DNA of 48,621 bases, from contig CANGCI010000001.1 of the NCBI GenBank assembly GCA_947451995.1, forward strand, positions 1 through 48,621, given 5' to 3'. The translations under genes and the position numbers were made by a program. The notes beneath the pieces were generated by a model, which was not told the origin of the DNA, made no database searches, and saw nothing but the letters and a program-made list of their open reading frames with translations. Positions within the stretch are counted from its first letter, which is position 1, and every line of letters begins with the position of its first letter. Of this stretch, positions 38,206 to 48,621 are shown piece after piece. Origin of the DNA: Comamonadaceae bacterium (lineage in GTDB: Bacteria > Pseudomonadota > Gammaproteobacteria > Burkholderiales > Burkholderiaceae_C).

Positions 38206-39296
38206 GAGTTCTCTCCTGTTGAAGTGAATGAAGGTGTTTGTAGAAAAGCGGATTGCAATAATTTCAAATGCTGGGCATCGGCGCTGTTTTGCGCGGGATG
38301 GATGACCTTGGTTGCAGCTGGCAAGTCTTGCCAAAAATGACACGCAATGTTGTGCGTTCCATTCAGCTGAGGCGCAGGCGCCGATGTTTTGCAAAGGTCT
38401 GCGGCATGCGGACAGCGGGTGTGGAAGTGGCAACCGGAAGGTGGATTCAAGGGGCTTGGCACATCGCCGCCCAACACCGTACGCTGAACCTTGATGCCAG
38501 GATGGGGTCTGGGAATGGCACTCAGCAAGGCTTGGGTATAGGGGTGTTGGGGCGTTTCAAAAAGTTGGTGCTTGTCGGCCAACTCCACCACGCGGCCAAG
38601 GTACATGACCGCCACGCGATCGGCAATGTGCTTGACCACCGCCAAATCGTGCGCAATGAACAGGTAAGACAAATTGAAACGGCGCTGCAAGTCTTGCAGC
38701 AAGTTCACCACTTGCGCTTGAACTGAAACGTCCAGCGCAGACACGGCCTCATCGCACACAATGAGTTTGGGCTCGACCGCTAAGGCGCGGGCAATGCCAA
38801 TGCGCTGGCGCTGGCCACCCGAAAATTCGTGCGGGTAGCGCTGGGCATATTCGGGCGCCAAGCCAACCAGTTGCAGCAACTCTTCGACACGCTCGCGATG
38901 GCGTCCCATGTGCAAATTGTGCAGCTTCAAGGGCTCACTCAAGCATTGAGACACCGTCATGCGAGGATTCAAGGAAGAGAACGGGTCTTGAAAAATGATT
39001 TGCATGGCCCTGCGTTGCGAGCGCAATTGGTCACTCGAGAGCTTTGCCAAATCTTGACCATCAAAGATCACCTGACCTTGTGTCGGTTCAATCAACCGAA
39101 GGGCCAAACGCCCCAAGGTGGACTTGCCGCAACCGGACTCTCCCACAATGCCAAGCGTTTCGCCTGCGCGCAAATTCAGGGTGACACCATCGACCGCGCG
39201 CACGGTGTCATGCGATCGCCCAAACAAGCTGGGGTTGACGGGGAAATGCTTCACAAGTCCCTGTATTTGAAGCAAGGGTGTGTCAGTGGTTTGCAT
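38202..39296 (-). CDS. Peptide ABC transporter ATP-binding protein (DppF-like)
   Basis: [38 protein letters not shown]. Confidence 0.95.
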   Translation of the reverse strand: MQTTDTPLLQIQGLVKHFPVNPSLFGRSHDTVRAVDGVTLNLRAGETLGIVGESGCGKSTLGRLALRLIEPTQGQVIFDGQDLAKLSSDQLRSQRRAMQIIFQDPFSSLNPRMTVSQCLSEPLKLHNLHMGRHRERVEELLQLVGLAPEYAQRYPHEFSGGQRQRIGIARALAVEPKLIVCDEAVSALDVSVQAQVVNLLQDLQRRFNLSYLFIAHDLAVVKHIADRVAVMYLGRVVELADKHQLFETPQHPYTQALLSAIPRPHPGIKVQRTVLGGDVPSPLNPPSGCHFHTRCPHAADLCKTSAPAPQLNGTHNIACHFWQDLPAATKVIHPAQNSADAQHLKLLQSAFLQTPSFTSTGENS

Positions 39297-40284
39297 GGGG
39301 CATCAATGTTTCTGCATGAAGCGGTGCACGCAAACACGCGCTCCAATGGCCAGGCGAGATCTCTGTGAGTGAAGGTGTTTGCACTTTGCAGTTGTCTTGC
39401 GCAAACGGGCAGCGCTGCGCAAATGCACAGCCCGCAGGTCGGTTGAGTGGGTTGGGTACTTGCCCTTCAATGGAGGCCAGTCGCTCTTGAACTTCGTCAA
39501 GTTGCGGAATAGAGCCCAGCAAGCCCACGGTGTAGGGGTGTTGCGGTTTGTCAAACAGCGCCTGAACGGTGGCTTGCTCGACCACTTGCCCAGCGTACAT
39601 CACCACCACTTGATCGGCCACTTCGGCCACCACACCTAAATCGTGGGTGATCAAAATGATGGCGGTTTGGGTTTCTTCTTGAAGCGCGCGCATCAATTCT
39701 AGAATTTGCGCTTGAATGGTGACGTCCAAAGCGGTGGTGGGTTCGTCTGCAATCAGCAATTTGGGATTGCAAGACAAAGCCATCGCGATCATGACTCGCT
39801 GGCGCATACCGCCCGACAACTGGTGCGGGTAGTCGTTCATGCGCTTTTGGGGTGCGGGGATGCGCACTTTTTGCAGCATTTCCAGTGCGCGCTCACTGGC
39901 TTGTGCGCGGCTCAAGGGCAAGTGGCGCATCAAGCCTTCAATGATTTGTTCACCTACGGTGAAGGCGGGATTGAGGGACGTCATGGGCTCTTGAAAAATC
40001 ATGGCCATGCGATTGCCGCGCAAGTTTTGCAAATCGGCTTGAGAGGCACCCACCAACTCCTGGCCCTCAAATTGAATAGAACCACTGCGAATGGTGCCAG
40101 CAGGCTTGGCCAGCAAGCCCATGATGGACAGAGAGGTGACGCTTTTGCCGCAACCTGACTCGCCCACAATGGCCAAGGTTTGACCCGCTGCCACGCCAAA
40201 ACTCACGCCATTGACGGCCGTCAGTTCACCCGCATCGGTATCGAAGCTGGTGACCAAATCCTTGACTTGCAAAATGTGAGACAT
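39283..40284 (-). CDS. Peptide ABC transporter ATP-binding protein (DppD-like)
   Basis: [32 protein letters not shown]. Confidence 0.95.
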   Translation of the reverse strand: MSHILQVKDLVTSFDTDAGELTAVNGVSFGVAAGQTLAIVGESGCGKSVTSLSIMGLLAKPAGTIRSGSIQFEGQELVGASQADLQNLRGNRMAMIFQEPMTSLNPAFTVGEQIIEGLMRHLPLSRAQASERALEMLQKVRIPAPQKRMNDYPHQLSGGMRQRVMIAMALSCNPKLLIADEPTTALDVTIQAQILELMRALQEETQTAIILITHDLGVVAEVADQVVVMYAGQVVEQATVQALFDKPQHPYTVGLLGSIPQLDEVQERLASIEGQVPNPLNRPAGCAFAQRCPFAQDNCKVQTPSLTEISPGHWSACLRAPLHAETLMPHANH

Positions 40285-40294
40285 GAATCAATGC

Positions 40295-41026
40295 TTAGCG
40301 TGTCGGTTGCGTTGGCACTTTTTGAAGTGCTGCATGAAATTGTTCAATGCGGGCTTCAATGAGGCTGCGGTCTGTGATGCCCGAGGGGCTGTGGCGCCCT
40401 GGTAAACAAGTTAAGAAGGGCTGAAAACGCTCTAAGCTTTTGTCGTACAAGCGCTGCAACTCTGTCAGTGGATCTTCGTGATCGTCGACACGAAGGTCCA
40501 GTTGAAGGTAATCCTCATCGGCATGAATGCGAAGTGCGGCAGATTGTTTGCCGCGCTTGTCGCCACCAGCACGTTCTCCGGCTTGCATGCCCAAAATAAG
40601 GCGCTGTGCCAAAGGCAAGCCTTCGGAGGCCATGAAGGCTTTGGCAGTTTCTTCCAGTACTTGCGGTCCCGCCAGCATGTTGCCCGCGATGCTGAAGTGC
40701 TCGCCGGCCAAGTGACCGCACCAATCGATGCACGATATGCCGGTATGGGCCACTGGTGCACCTTGAGAGGGCAGCAAATGGACCTGGCGTTGATCGCGCC
40801 CTTCGTCGGTGGCCAACAGGTTTTGCATGATTTGGTCGGTGGCTGTGCCTTCTTGCATGCCTTTCAAACCCAGAGGCCCTAGCAAGGGGTTCATCAGGGC
40901 TTGGGTTGAAACAGCGCCGACGCCGCGCTGTGTATGGACACAAAGGGCACCCACGGCAAAAAATCTTGAAGCGATGGCCACACCGAATGTGCCATCTGGG
41001 GCTCGAGCCAGCAAAGACCAGGTCAT
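40295..41026 (-). CDS. DUF1028 family protein (Ntn-hydrolase-like)
   Basis: MTWS start, GVAIASRFFAVG, AGNMLAG, GGDKRGKQSAA, DLRVDDH. Confidence 0.88.
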   Translation of the reverse strand: MTWSLLARAPDGTFGVAIASRFFAVGALCVHTQRGVGAVSTQALMNPLLGPLGLKGMQEGTATDQIMQNLLATDEGRDQRQVHLLPSQGAPVAHTGISCIDWCGHLAGEHFSIAGNMLAGPQVLEETAKAFMASEGLPLAQRLILGMQAGERAGGDKRGKQSAALRIHADEDYLQLDLRVDDHEDPLTELQRLYDKSLERFQPFLTCLPGRHSPSGITDRSLIEARIEQFHAALQKVPTQPTR

Positions 41027-41033
41027 TGATTGA

Positions 41034-41092
41034 AGCGCTAAGTTGGTGCGTGAATAGAAACAGTCAAAACATTAGAGCAAATTTAATGCCCG
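41034..41092 (-). promoter_or_regulatory. Candidate sigma-54 promoter and NtrC-like site ahead of DUF1028-dpp
   Basis: Minus strand CGGGCATTAAATTTGCT (GG-N10-GC, 41092-41076); AGCGCTA-AGT-TGGTGCG (41034-41050) resembles TGCACCA-N3-TGGTGCA. Confidence 0.4.
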
Positions 41093-41109
41093 AATGCCGC
41101 GAAAATTTC

Positions 41110-42039
41110 TCACGCCCCAACTGCGCCTAGGGACTTCAGCTGATTGGCGACCTGAACGCCTAATTGAGTTGCGGTTAAAAGTGCGTCAGGGCTGTCGATG
41201 GCCACTGTGCATTGATTCTGCGCATGGACAAGCTGTGCATGGCTGTTGAGAGGGTCTCCCCAAGCTGCCGAGATCGACAACACACCTTGGTGCAATGTGG
41301 CATGGGCCGCCAATGGCATCGAGCAACTGCCGCCCATGGTGCGGCTGACGCCGCGCTCTGCATACACCCTGATGGCGGTTGGCAAATCATTCAAGGGTGC
41401 CAAGAGCGCTGCCAATTCGGGGCGACCGTCGCAGATTTCAATGCCAATGGCACCTTGTCCCGCCGCAGGCATCATGCGATCGGCATCAAAGCTGTGACGA
41501 ATGCGTTCAGCCATGCCTAGGCGTTTGAGGCCCGCTGTGGCCAACACAATGCCGGCATATTGACCTTCATCGAGTTTGCGCAAGCGTGTGTCCAAGTTGC
41601 CACGCAGGGGTTCGATTTTCAAATCAGGTCGCAGGGCATGCAGCAGCACGGTTCTGCGCAAGCTGGAGGTGCCAACAACGGCGCCATGAGGCAAACTTTC
41701 GAGGGCGTCAAAATGGGGCGAGACCCAGGCATCGCGCGGATCTTCACGTTCTAAAATACAGGCTAGGGCAAAGCCTTGTGGCAAGTCCATGGGCACATCT
41801 TTCAAGGAGTGCACCGCAATGTGGGCCGAGCCATCTGCCAGTGCAACTTCAAGTTCTTTGATGAACAAGCCTTTGCCTCCCACCTTGCTTAAGGGCTGAT
41901 CCAAAATCTGGTCGCCTAGGGTGGTCATGCCCAGCAAAGACACCTGATGTCCTTGGGCTTCAAGCAATTGCTTCACGTGATGTGCTTGCCACAAAGCCAG
42001 TCGGCTTTCGCGGGTTGCGATGGTGATGGTGGAGGTCAT
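41110..42039 (-). CDS. hemC: Porphobilinogen deaminase (hydroxymethylbilane synthase)
   Basis: [45 protein letters not shown]. Confidence 0.97.
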   Translation of the reverse strand: MTSTITIATRESRLALWQAHHVKQLLEAQGHQVSLLGMTTLGDQILDQPLSKVGGKGLFIKELEVALADGSAHIAVHSLKDVPMDLPQGFALACILEREDPRDAWVSPHFDALESLPHGAVVGTSSLRRTVLLHALRPDLKIEPLRGNLDTRLRKLDEGQYAGIVLATAGLKRLGMAERIRHSFDADRMMPAAGQGAIGIEICDGRPELAALLAPLNDLPTAIRVYAERGVSRTMGGSCSMPLAAHATLHQGVLSISAAWGDPLNSHAQLVHAQNQCTVAIDSPDALLTATQLGVQVANQLKSLGAVGA

Positions 42040-42056
42040 AAAGAAGGGCTTTGATT

Positions 42057-44002
<1,946 letters not shown>

Positions 44003-44012
44003 GTTCTCAATC

Positions 44013-45341
44013 TCAAAGTTCTTTCAAGCTTCGGTGGATGTGTTGGATCATTCGCCAACACACCAACAAAACCAAGGGGGTGCTAAATCCAGCCAGCATT
44101 TCTGGGTTGATGTTCATGCCGGCCGCCTTCAATGCTTTGCCCAGGTAAAGGCAGAGGCTGACGACGTAGTAAGTGATGGCGGCAATCGACAAGCCTTCCA
44201 CAGTGGATTGCAGTCTGAGTTGCAGCGCTTGTCCGCGTGTGAGTTTTTCCAGCAGTTGCTGGTTTTGTGCTTCAGCCGCAATCTCGACGCGTGTTCGAAG
44301 TAAAGCGCTGGCGCGTGACACACGTTGGGCCAAAGCGGCCAAACGTTCAGAGGTAGCATTGACGGTGGCCATGGCCGGTGCCAAGCGGCGTTGCATGAAT
44401 TCGCCCACCGTTTGAATGCCCGACAAGGGGCGTTCACGCATTTCAGAAATGCGTTCTTTCACAATGGCATCGTAGGCGCGTGCTGCCGAGAAACGGTAGC
44501 TGTGTTCAGCGGTGGTGCTTTCCACTTGTGCGGCCAAACTGGCCAAATCGCTTAGCAGCACCTCGTCGCTGGCGGTATTCGATTCAAGGCGCGAGGTGAT
44601 CTCGACCAATCTTGCTTCTGTGGTTGCCAACTTGCTTGCCAGTTGCTTGGCCACAGGCAAGCTGAGCAAAGACATCATGCGGTAGGTTTCCAGTTCCAAC
44701 AATCGCTGTGCAATGCGGCCGGCTCTGTTCTCGGATGTGCCAGGTGCAGCCATCACCAATATTCTTTCAAAGCCATCTGCGCCAATGCGCAAATTGGTGA
44801 TCAGGTGTGAGTGCGAGTTGGCGTCGGCGGTGCGGCCCATTTTGGCGCCAATGACGGTTCCTTCGCCCAGCCACAATTTGGATTTGTAGATGGCATCTGG
44901 ATCGTCCATGCCTTCGTTCAGCATGGCCAAGTGAATGGCTGTGATGGTTTTGCCCGGGATGCCTTTTAACCAAGCCATGCCCGTGGCAACGTGGGTGGCC
45001 AGGTCGGGCAAGGTGCTGCCCCAATGCGCATGCGCGGGCAATGCCTGAACAATGGTGTAACGCGTGAATTCGGTGTGGCGTTCCCAGATGATTTTGAACT
45101 GTTCACTTTGAAGTTGCAAAAAGTTGCCCTTCATTTGCTCGATGTCCAAACTGTCTTGATCGGCCAATTGCCGCAGGTGTTGGCATTCGTCAGAGACGCT
45201 GACACCTGCATTCAAGACAGCGACATAAACAATCAGGGCCGGCAGCTTGAAGGTGGCAGAGGGGCGCGTGTGAATTTCGTTGTGCAGCACAAAGCGTTGC
45301 GCATCGTCGATGGGCAAACAAGTCATAGAACGGTCACTCAT
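44013..45341 (-). CDS. DUF3422 family membrane-anchored protein
   Basis: [48 protein letters not shown] plus two C-terminal TM helices. Confidence 0.88.
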   Translation of the reverse strand: MSDRSMTCLPIDDAQRFVLHNEIHTRPSATFKLPALIVYVAVLNAGVSVSDECQHLRQLADQDSLDIEQMKGNFLQLQSEQFKIIWERHTEFTRYTIVQALPAHAHWGSTLPDLATHVATGMAWLKGIPGKTITAIHLAMLNEGMDDPDAIYKSKLWLGEGTVIGAKMGRTADANSHSHLITNLRIGADGFERILVMAAPGTSENRAGRIAQRLLELETYRMMSLLSLPVAKQLASKLATTEARLVEITSRLESNTASDEVLLSDLASLAAQVESTTAEHSYRFSAARAYDAIVKERISEMRERPLSGIQTVGEFMQRRLAPAMATVNATSERLAALAQRVSRASALLRTRVEIAAEAQNQQLLEKLTRGQALQLRLQSTVEGLSIAAITYYVVSLCLYLGKALKAAGMNINPEMLAGFSTPLVLLVCWRMIQHIHRSLKEL

Positions 45342-45403
45342 ATCGCTCCCTAATGGGTTTTCACCCCCTGATTGGGCCTTAAATCAGCCAAAAATAAACT
45401 AAG

Positions 45404-45473
45404 TGTCAACATCTATTGACATTTCTCAATGTATTACTATATTGACATCTAATTCTGTCACGTTTCGTTGACG
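45404..45473. promoter_or_regulatory. Triple PpsR/CrtJ box array (TGT-N12-ACA)
   Basis: 45404-45421 TGTCAACATCTATTGACA; 45430-45447 TGTATTACTATATTGACA; 45456-45473 TGTCACGTTTCGTTGACG (1 mismatch); 8-bp gaps. Confidence 0.88.
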
Positions 45474-45490
45474 GTTCCTCTGGGGGTGTC

Positions 45491-46396
45491 ATGAGTCTAT
45501 TAACAAGAGCGGAAGCGGCGCTGAAATTGCATTTCGACGCGGCTGCGGGCGCTGGTGCACCCCAACGGCTACAAGCCGCCATGCAACATGCGGTGTTTTC
45601 GGGCGGTGCGCGCATTCGCCCCCAGCTGTGCATGGCCGTTGCCACGGCCTGTGGCGACGATGCCCCCGAGTTGACCAATGCGGCCGCTGTCGCCTTGGAA
45701 TTCATGCACTGTGCATCCTTGGTGCACGACGACATGCCCACCTTTGACAACGCCGATTTCCGCAGGGGACAACCCACGGTTCACAAGGCTTTCTCAGAGC
45801 CTTTGGCCTTGTTGACGGGGGATGGCCTGATCGTGATGGCCTACCAAGCGCTGTTGCAAGCAGGCCGGCCCTATCCAGACCGTCTCATTGAACTGATGGA
45901 CAACCTGTCAAGAGGCGTGGGTTTGCCAAATGGCATTGTGGCGGGCCAGGCCTGGGAGTGTGAAACCACGGCTGATTTGGGGCAGTATCAACGCGCTAAA
46001 ACGGGTGCCCTGTTTGTTTCTGCAACTTGTGCTGGCGCCATTGCCAGCGGTCAAGCGCATGAGCCATGGGCGCCGCTGGGTGCGTATTTGGGCGAGGCCT
46101 ACCAAGTGGCCGATGACATTCGCGATGTGCTGGGCGATGTGGCCAGTTTGGGCAAACCAGCAGGGCAGGATGTCTTGAATGCAAGGCCCAGTTCGGCGCA
46201 AGCTTTGGGCTTGGAAGGCGCCATTCATCACTTTGACAGCTTGATCGCCAAAGCGGGTGACTCGATTCCGGATTGCAATTGCCGCGACATGTTGAAGCAA
46301 TTGGTGCTGCATGAGTCAGAGCGATTGGTCCCCAAGTCGATGTGTGAGGACTACCGCAAACAAGCGGCATTGGCCAAGGCTGTCAAATGGGCGTGA
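45491..46396 (+). CDS. crtE: Geranylgeranyl diphosphate synthase
   Basis: GGARIRP, LVHDDMPTFD (FARM), RRGQPTVH, GQAWE, KTGALF, YQVADD; crtE-crtF-bchC context. Confidence 0.93.
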   Translation: MSLLTRAEAALKLHFDAAAGAGAPQRLQAAMQHAVFSGGARIRPQLCMAVATACGDDAPELTNAAAVALEFMHCASLVHDDMPTFDNADFRRGQPTVHKAFSEPLALLTGDGLIVMAYQALLQAGRPYPDRLIELMDNLSRGVGLPNGIVAGQAWECETTADLGQYQRAKTGALFVSATCAGAIASGQAHEPWAPLGAYLGEAYQVADDIRDVLGDVASLGKPAGQDVLNARPSSAQALGLEGAIHHFDSLIAKAGDSIPDCNCRDMLKQLVLHESERLVPKSMCEDYRKQAALAKAVKWA

Positions 46397-47580
46397 ATCA
46401 CAAACTTGACTTGGCCACTTTGCCAGCCTCTGGACACGGTGCCGACGCTTGGCACGATCGATTTTTGGCGTGGCTAGAGCGGCTCTATGCCAGTCCACGC
46501 CTTTACAGTTTTTCACTCACCAATCCGCTCACGCGATGGGTGACGCGCCGTCGCACGCAGAAGCTGTTTGATTTGATGGCAGGCTTTGTGCACACCCAAG
46601 TGATGCTGGGTTGCATTCGACTCGACCTGTTCAAAATGTTGCACCAAGCGCCGGCCGATTTGCACCAAATTGCAGCCCGCGTCAACATGCCTTCGCCCGT
46701 GTTGCAGCGCCTGCTTTTATCGGCAGTCTCGCTGAATTTGTTGGAGTGCAGAAGTGGCTCACGTTTCGGCTTAGGCCCATTGGGTGTGCCTTTGGCGACG
46801 CACGACGGCATTGCCGCCATGATTGAGCACAACCATTTGTTGTACGCCGACATGCAAGATCCGGTGGGCTTTTTGAACAACGCATGGCAAGGCGACATGG
46901 CGGCCTATTGGCCCTATGCGCACGACGCCAATGCTGCCACGCGTGAGCCCCAAGACAAGTTCAGCCGGTACTCCGATTTGATGGCGGCATCTCAAGGTTT
47001 TGTGATCGAAGAAATCTTGTCCAGCTATTTCTTTGATGAACACCAATGCGTCTTGGATGTGGGTGCTGGCAAGGGTCGATTTGCCTCAGAAATGGCTGTG
47101 CATGCACCCCACTTAAAAGTCAAATTGTTTGATTTACCACCCGTGTTGGAACTGGCCAAAGCCAACGTTCAGCAACGTGGTTTGAGCGATCGGATGAGTT
47201 TTCACCCAGGCAGTTTTTTGCACGACGATTTGCCCACAGGCGCCGATTTGATCACGCTGGTGCGCGTGGCCCACGATCACCCTGATGACGTGGTGCGCCA
47301 GTTGCTGCAAAAAATTCATGCAGCACTCCCATTGGGGGGTGTCCTGTTGTTGGCAGAACCCATGGCGCAAGCCCTGTCCGAGTCTTATGCCGGCCCTGCC
47401 CAGTCGGACGCGTATTTCCACTTTTACCTGCTGGCCATGGGGGCAGGGCGCCTTCGCACCCCTGAAGAGCTGATGCATTTGATGGCAGAGGCCGGATTTG
47501 GCCAGATTGAGCATTTGCCCAACGCCATGCCCATCCATGCGCAGCTTATTGTGGGCAGAAAATCTAAGTGTTTACCCTAA
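46387..47580 (+). CDS. crtF: Hydroxyneurosporene/demethylspheroidene O-methyltransferase
   Basis: LFDLMAGFVHTQ, MIEHN..LY.D, YWPYA, YSDLMAASQ, DVGAGKG, RVAHDH, YFHFYLLAMG.GR; alternative GTG start at 46393. Confidence 0.93.
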   Translation: MGVNHKLDLATLPASGHGADAWHDRFLAWLERLYASPRLYSFSLTNPLTRWVTRRRTQKLFDLMAGFVHTQVMLGCIRLDLFKMLHQAPADLHQIAARVNMPSPVLQRLLLSAVSLNLLECRSGSRFGLGPLGVPLATHDGIAAMIEHNHLLYADMQDPVGFLNNAWQGDMAAYWPYAHDANAATREPQDKFSRYSDLMAASQGFVIEEILSSYFFDEHQCVLDVGAGKGRFASEMAVHAPHLKVKLFDLPPVLELAKANVQQRGLSDRMSFHPGSFLHDDLPTGADLITLVRVAHDHPDDVVRQLLQKIHAALPLGGVLLLAEPMAQALSESYAGPAQSDAYFHFYLLAMGAGRLRTPEELMHLMAEAGFGQIEHLPNAMPIHAQLIVGRKSKCLP

Positions 47581-47638
47581 TAAACATGAATATATGTAAA
47601 CATTGTTTGACACAAATTGATGTAACGCAAAGAATACA
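47569..47638. promoter_or_regulatory. Triple PpsR/CrtJ box array over the bchC promoter
   Basis: 47569-47586 TGTTTACCCTAATAAACA; 47595-47612 TGTAAACATTGTTTGACA; 47621-47638 TGTAACGCAAAGAATACA; 8-bp gaps; -35 TTGACA at 47607-47612. Confidence 0.92.
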
Positions 47639-47641
47639 GTT

Positions 47642-48595
47642 ATGAAAGCCACCGCAGTCGTTTTTGACAACCCCAAGCAATTGTCGCTTCAGGCATTGGA
47701 TTTGCCTTCTTTGCAAGAAGGCCAAGTCGAAGTGGCTGTGCAGTACAGCGGCATCAGCACGGGCACAGAGCGCATGTTGTGGGATGGCAGCATGCCGCCA
47801 TTTCCCGGCATGGGTTACCCCCTCGTGCCGGGCTACGAAACCGTGGGTCAAGTGGTGCGTGCCCCTCAAGGCGCCAAGCTCAAAGAAGGCCAAACCGTGT
47901 TTGTCCCCGGCGCCAATTGCTTCACAGGTGTTCGAAGTTTGTTTGGTGGCGCTGCATCGCGTTTGGTGGTTTCAGATCAAAAAGTTCTGCCTGTTGCCAA
48001 CGACCTCGGCAGCGATGCTGTGCTGTTTGCATTGGCCGCTACGGCGTATCACGCGGTATCGGGTGGTGGTCAGCATGAGCCGTACAACCCGCCCGATTTG
48101 ATCATTGGTCACGGCGTCATGGGCCGTTTGTTGGCGCGACTCACCGTGGCTGCTGGCTTCCCAGCCCCCACTGTTTGGGAAACCAATTCTGAGCGTGCAA
48201 AAGGTGCTGAAGGCTACAAGGTCATCAACCCTGCAGACGACGATCACAAAGCGTATCAGGCCATCTACGACGTCAGCGGTGATTCGTCATTGCTCGACAA
48301 ACTCATTCAAAGAATTCGTCCCGGCGGTGAAGTGGTGCTGGCAGGTTTTTACAAAGACAACTTGCAATTCGCCTACGCACCCGCCTTCATGCGTGAAGCA
48401 CGCATTCGCGTTGCTGCCGAATGGAAGCGTCCCGATTTATTGGCAGTCAATGAATTGGTCAACAGCGGACAACTTTCCCTCAAAGGTTTGGTCACTCATG
48501 TCCAAACCTCCAACTCTGCCACCGTTGCGTATGAGACCGCGTTCGGTGATGTTTCTTGTCTCAAGATGGTCCTTGATTGGAGCGCACACGCATGA
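47642..48595 (+). CDS. bchC: 2-Desacetyl-2-hydroxyethyl bacteriochlorophyllide a dehydrogenase
   Basis: SGISTGTE, MPPFPGMGYPLVPGYE, ALAATAYH, GHGVMGRL, LAGFY, PAFMRE, CLKMVLDW. Confidence 0.96.
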   Translation: MKATAVVFDNPKQLSLQALDLPSLQEGQVEVAVQYSGISTGTERMLWDGSMPPFPGMGYPLVPGYETVGQVVRAPQGAKLKEGQTVFVPGANCFTGVRSLFGGAASRLVVSDQKVLPVANDLGSDAVLFALAATAYHAVSGGGQHEPYNPPDLIIGHGVMGRLLARLTVAAGFPAPTVWETNSERAKGAEGYKVINPADDDHKAYQAIYDVSGDSSLLDKLIQRIRPGGEVVLAGFYKDNLQFAYAPAFMREARIRVAAEWKRPDLLAVNELVNSGQLSLKGLVTHVQTSNSATVAYETAFGDVSCLKMVLDWSAHA

Positions 48596-48621
48596 ACACA
48601 CAAACTACCACCGAGCACACC
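48592..48621 (+). CDS. bchX: 5' end of the next coupled gene, probably chlorophyllide reductase iron protein (partial)
   Basis: ATGA overlap with the bchC stop, open frame MNTQTTTEHT to the window end; identity inferred only from the conserved bchCXYZ gene order. Confidence 0.55.
   Translation, partial: MNTQTTTEHT

Noticed and set aside
47617-47630. TTGAT-GTAA-CGCAA as an FNR/FnrL site at bchC
   Set aside because: The right half deviates from ATCAA, it overlaps a PpsR box and lies between -35 and -10; not supportable without data

Overview
A 48.6 kb chromosomal window from a Betaproteobacterium (Comamonadaceae-like; Limnohabitans is a plausible guess from the gene content, not proven). Bases 1-35 kb are a patchwork of small catabolic modules, nearly all served by their own Bug/TctC substrate-binding protein (8 copies, no tctA/tctB). 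The modules are: (i) an AT-richer island encoding two hydroxycinnamoyl-CoA hydratase-lyase (HCHL)-like paralogs, an acyl-CoA ligase, an acyl-CoA dehydrogenase, an RraA/HMG-type aldolase and a LysR regulator; (ii) a cupin/VOC/secreted hydrolase/FKBP/DUF3237 run; (iii) an enolase-superfamily/GMC/aldehyde dehydrogenase/BetC-like sulfatase/GntR/porin module; (iv) an alkylglycerol-monooxygenase-like desaturase with a membrane partner; (v) a regulator-less double divergon with an amidohydrolase, twin FAD monooxygenases, a ThDP enzyme and a NicC/salicylate-hydroxylase-like enzyme. Bases 35-45 kb hold a DUF1028-dpp ABC operon and a DUF3422-hemF-hemB-hemC operon. That operon is divergent from the start of an anoxygenic photosynthesis gene cluster (crtE-crtF-bchC-probable bchX), and both photosynthesis promoters carry three PpsR boxes at an exact 26-bp period. 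I saw no rRNA, tRNA, CRISPR array, transposase or integrase. Family assignments come from recognised motifs only; no database search was run. The most novel-looking items are the HCHL-like pair with an altered substrate pocket, the hem/DUF3422 operon next to PpsR boxes, and the twin-monooxygenase divergon with a shared upstream motif.
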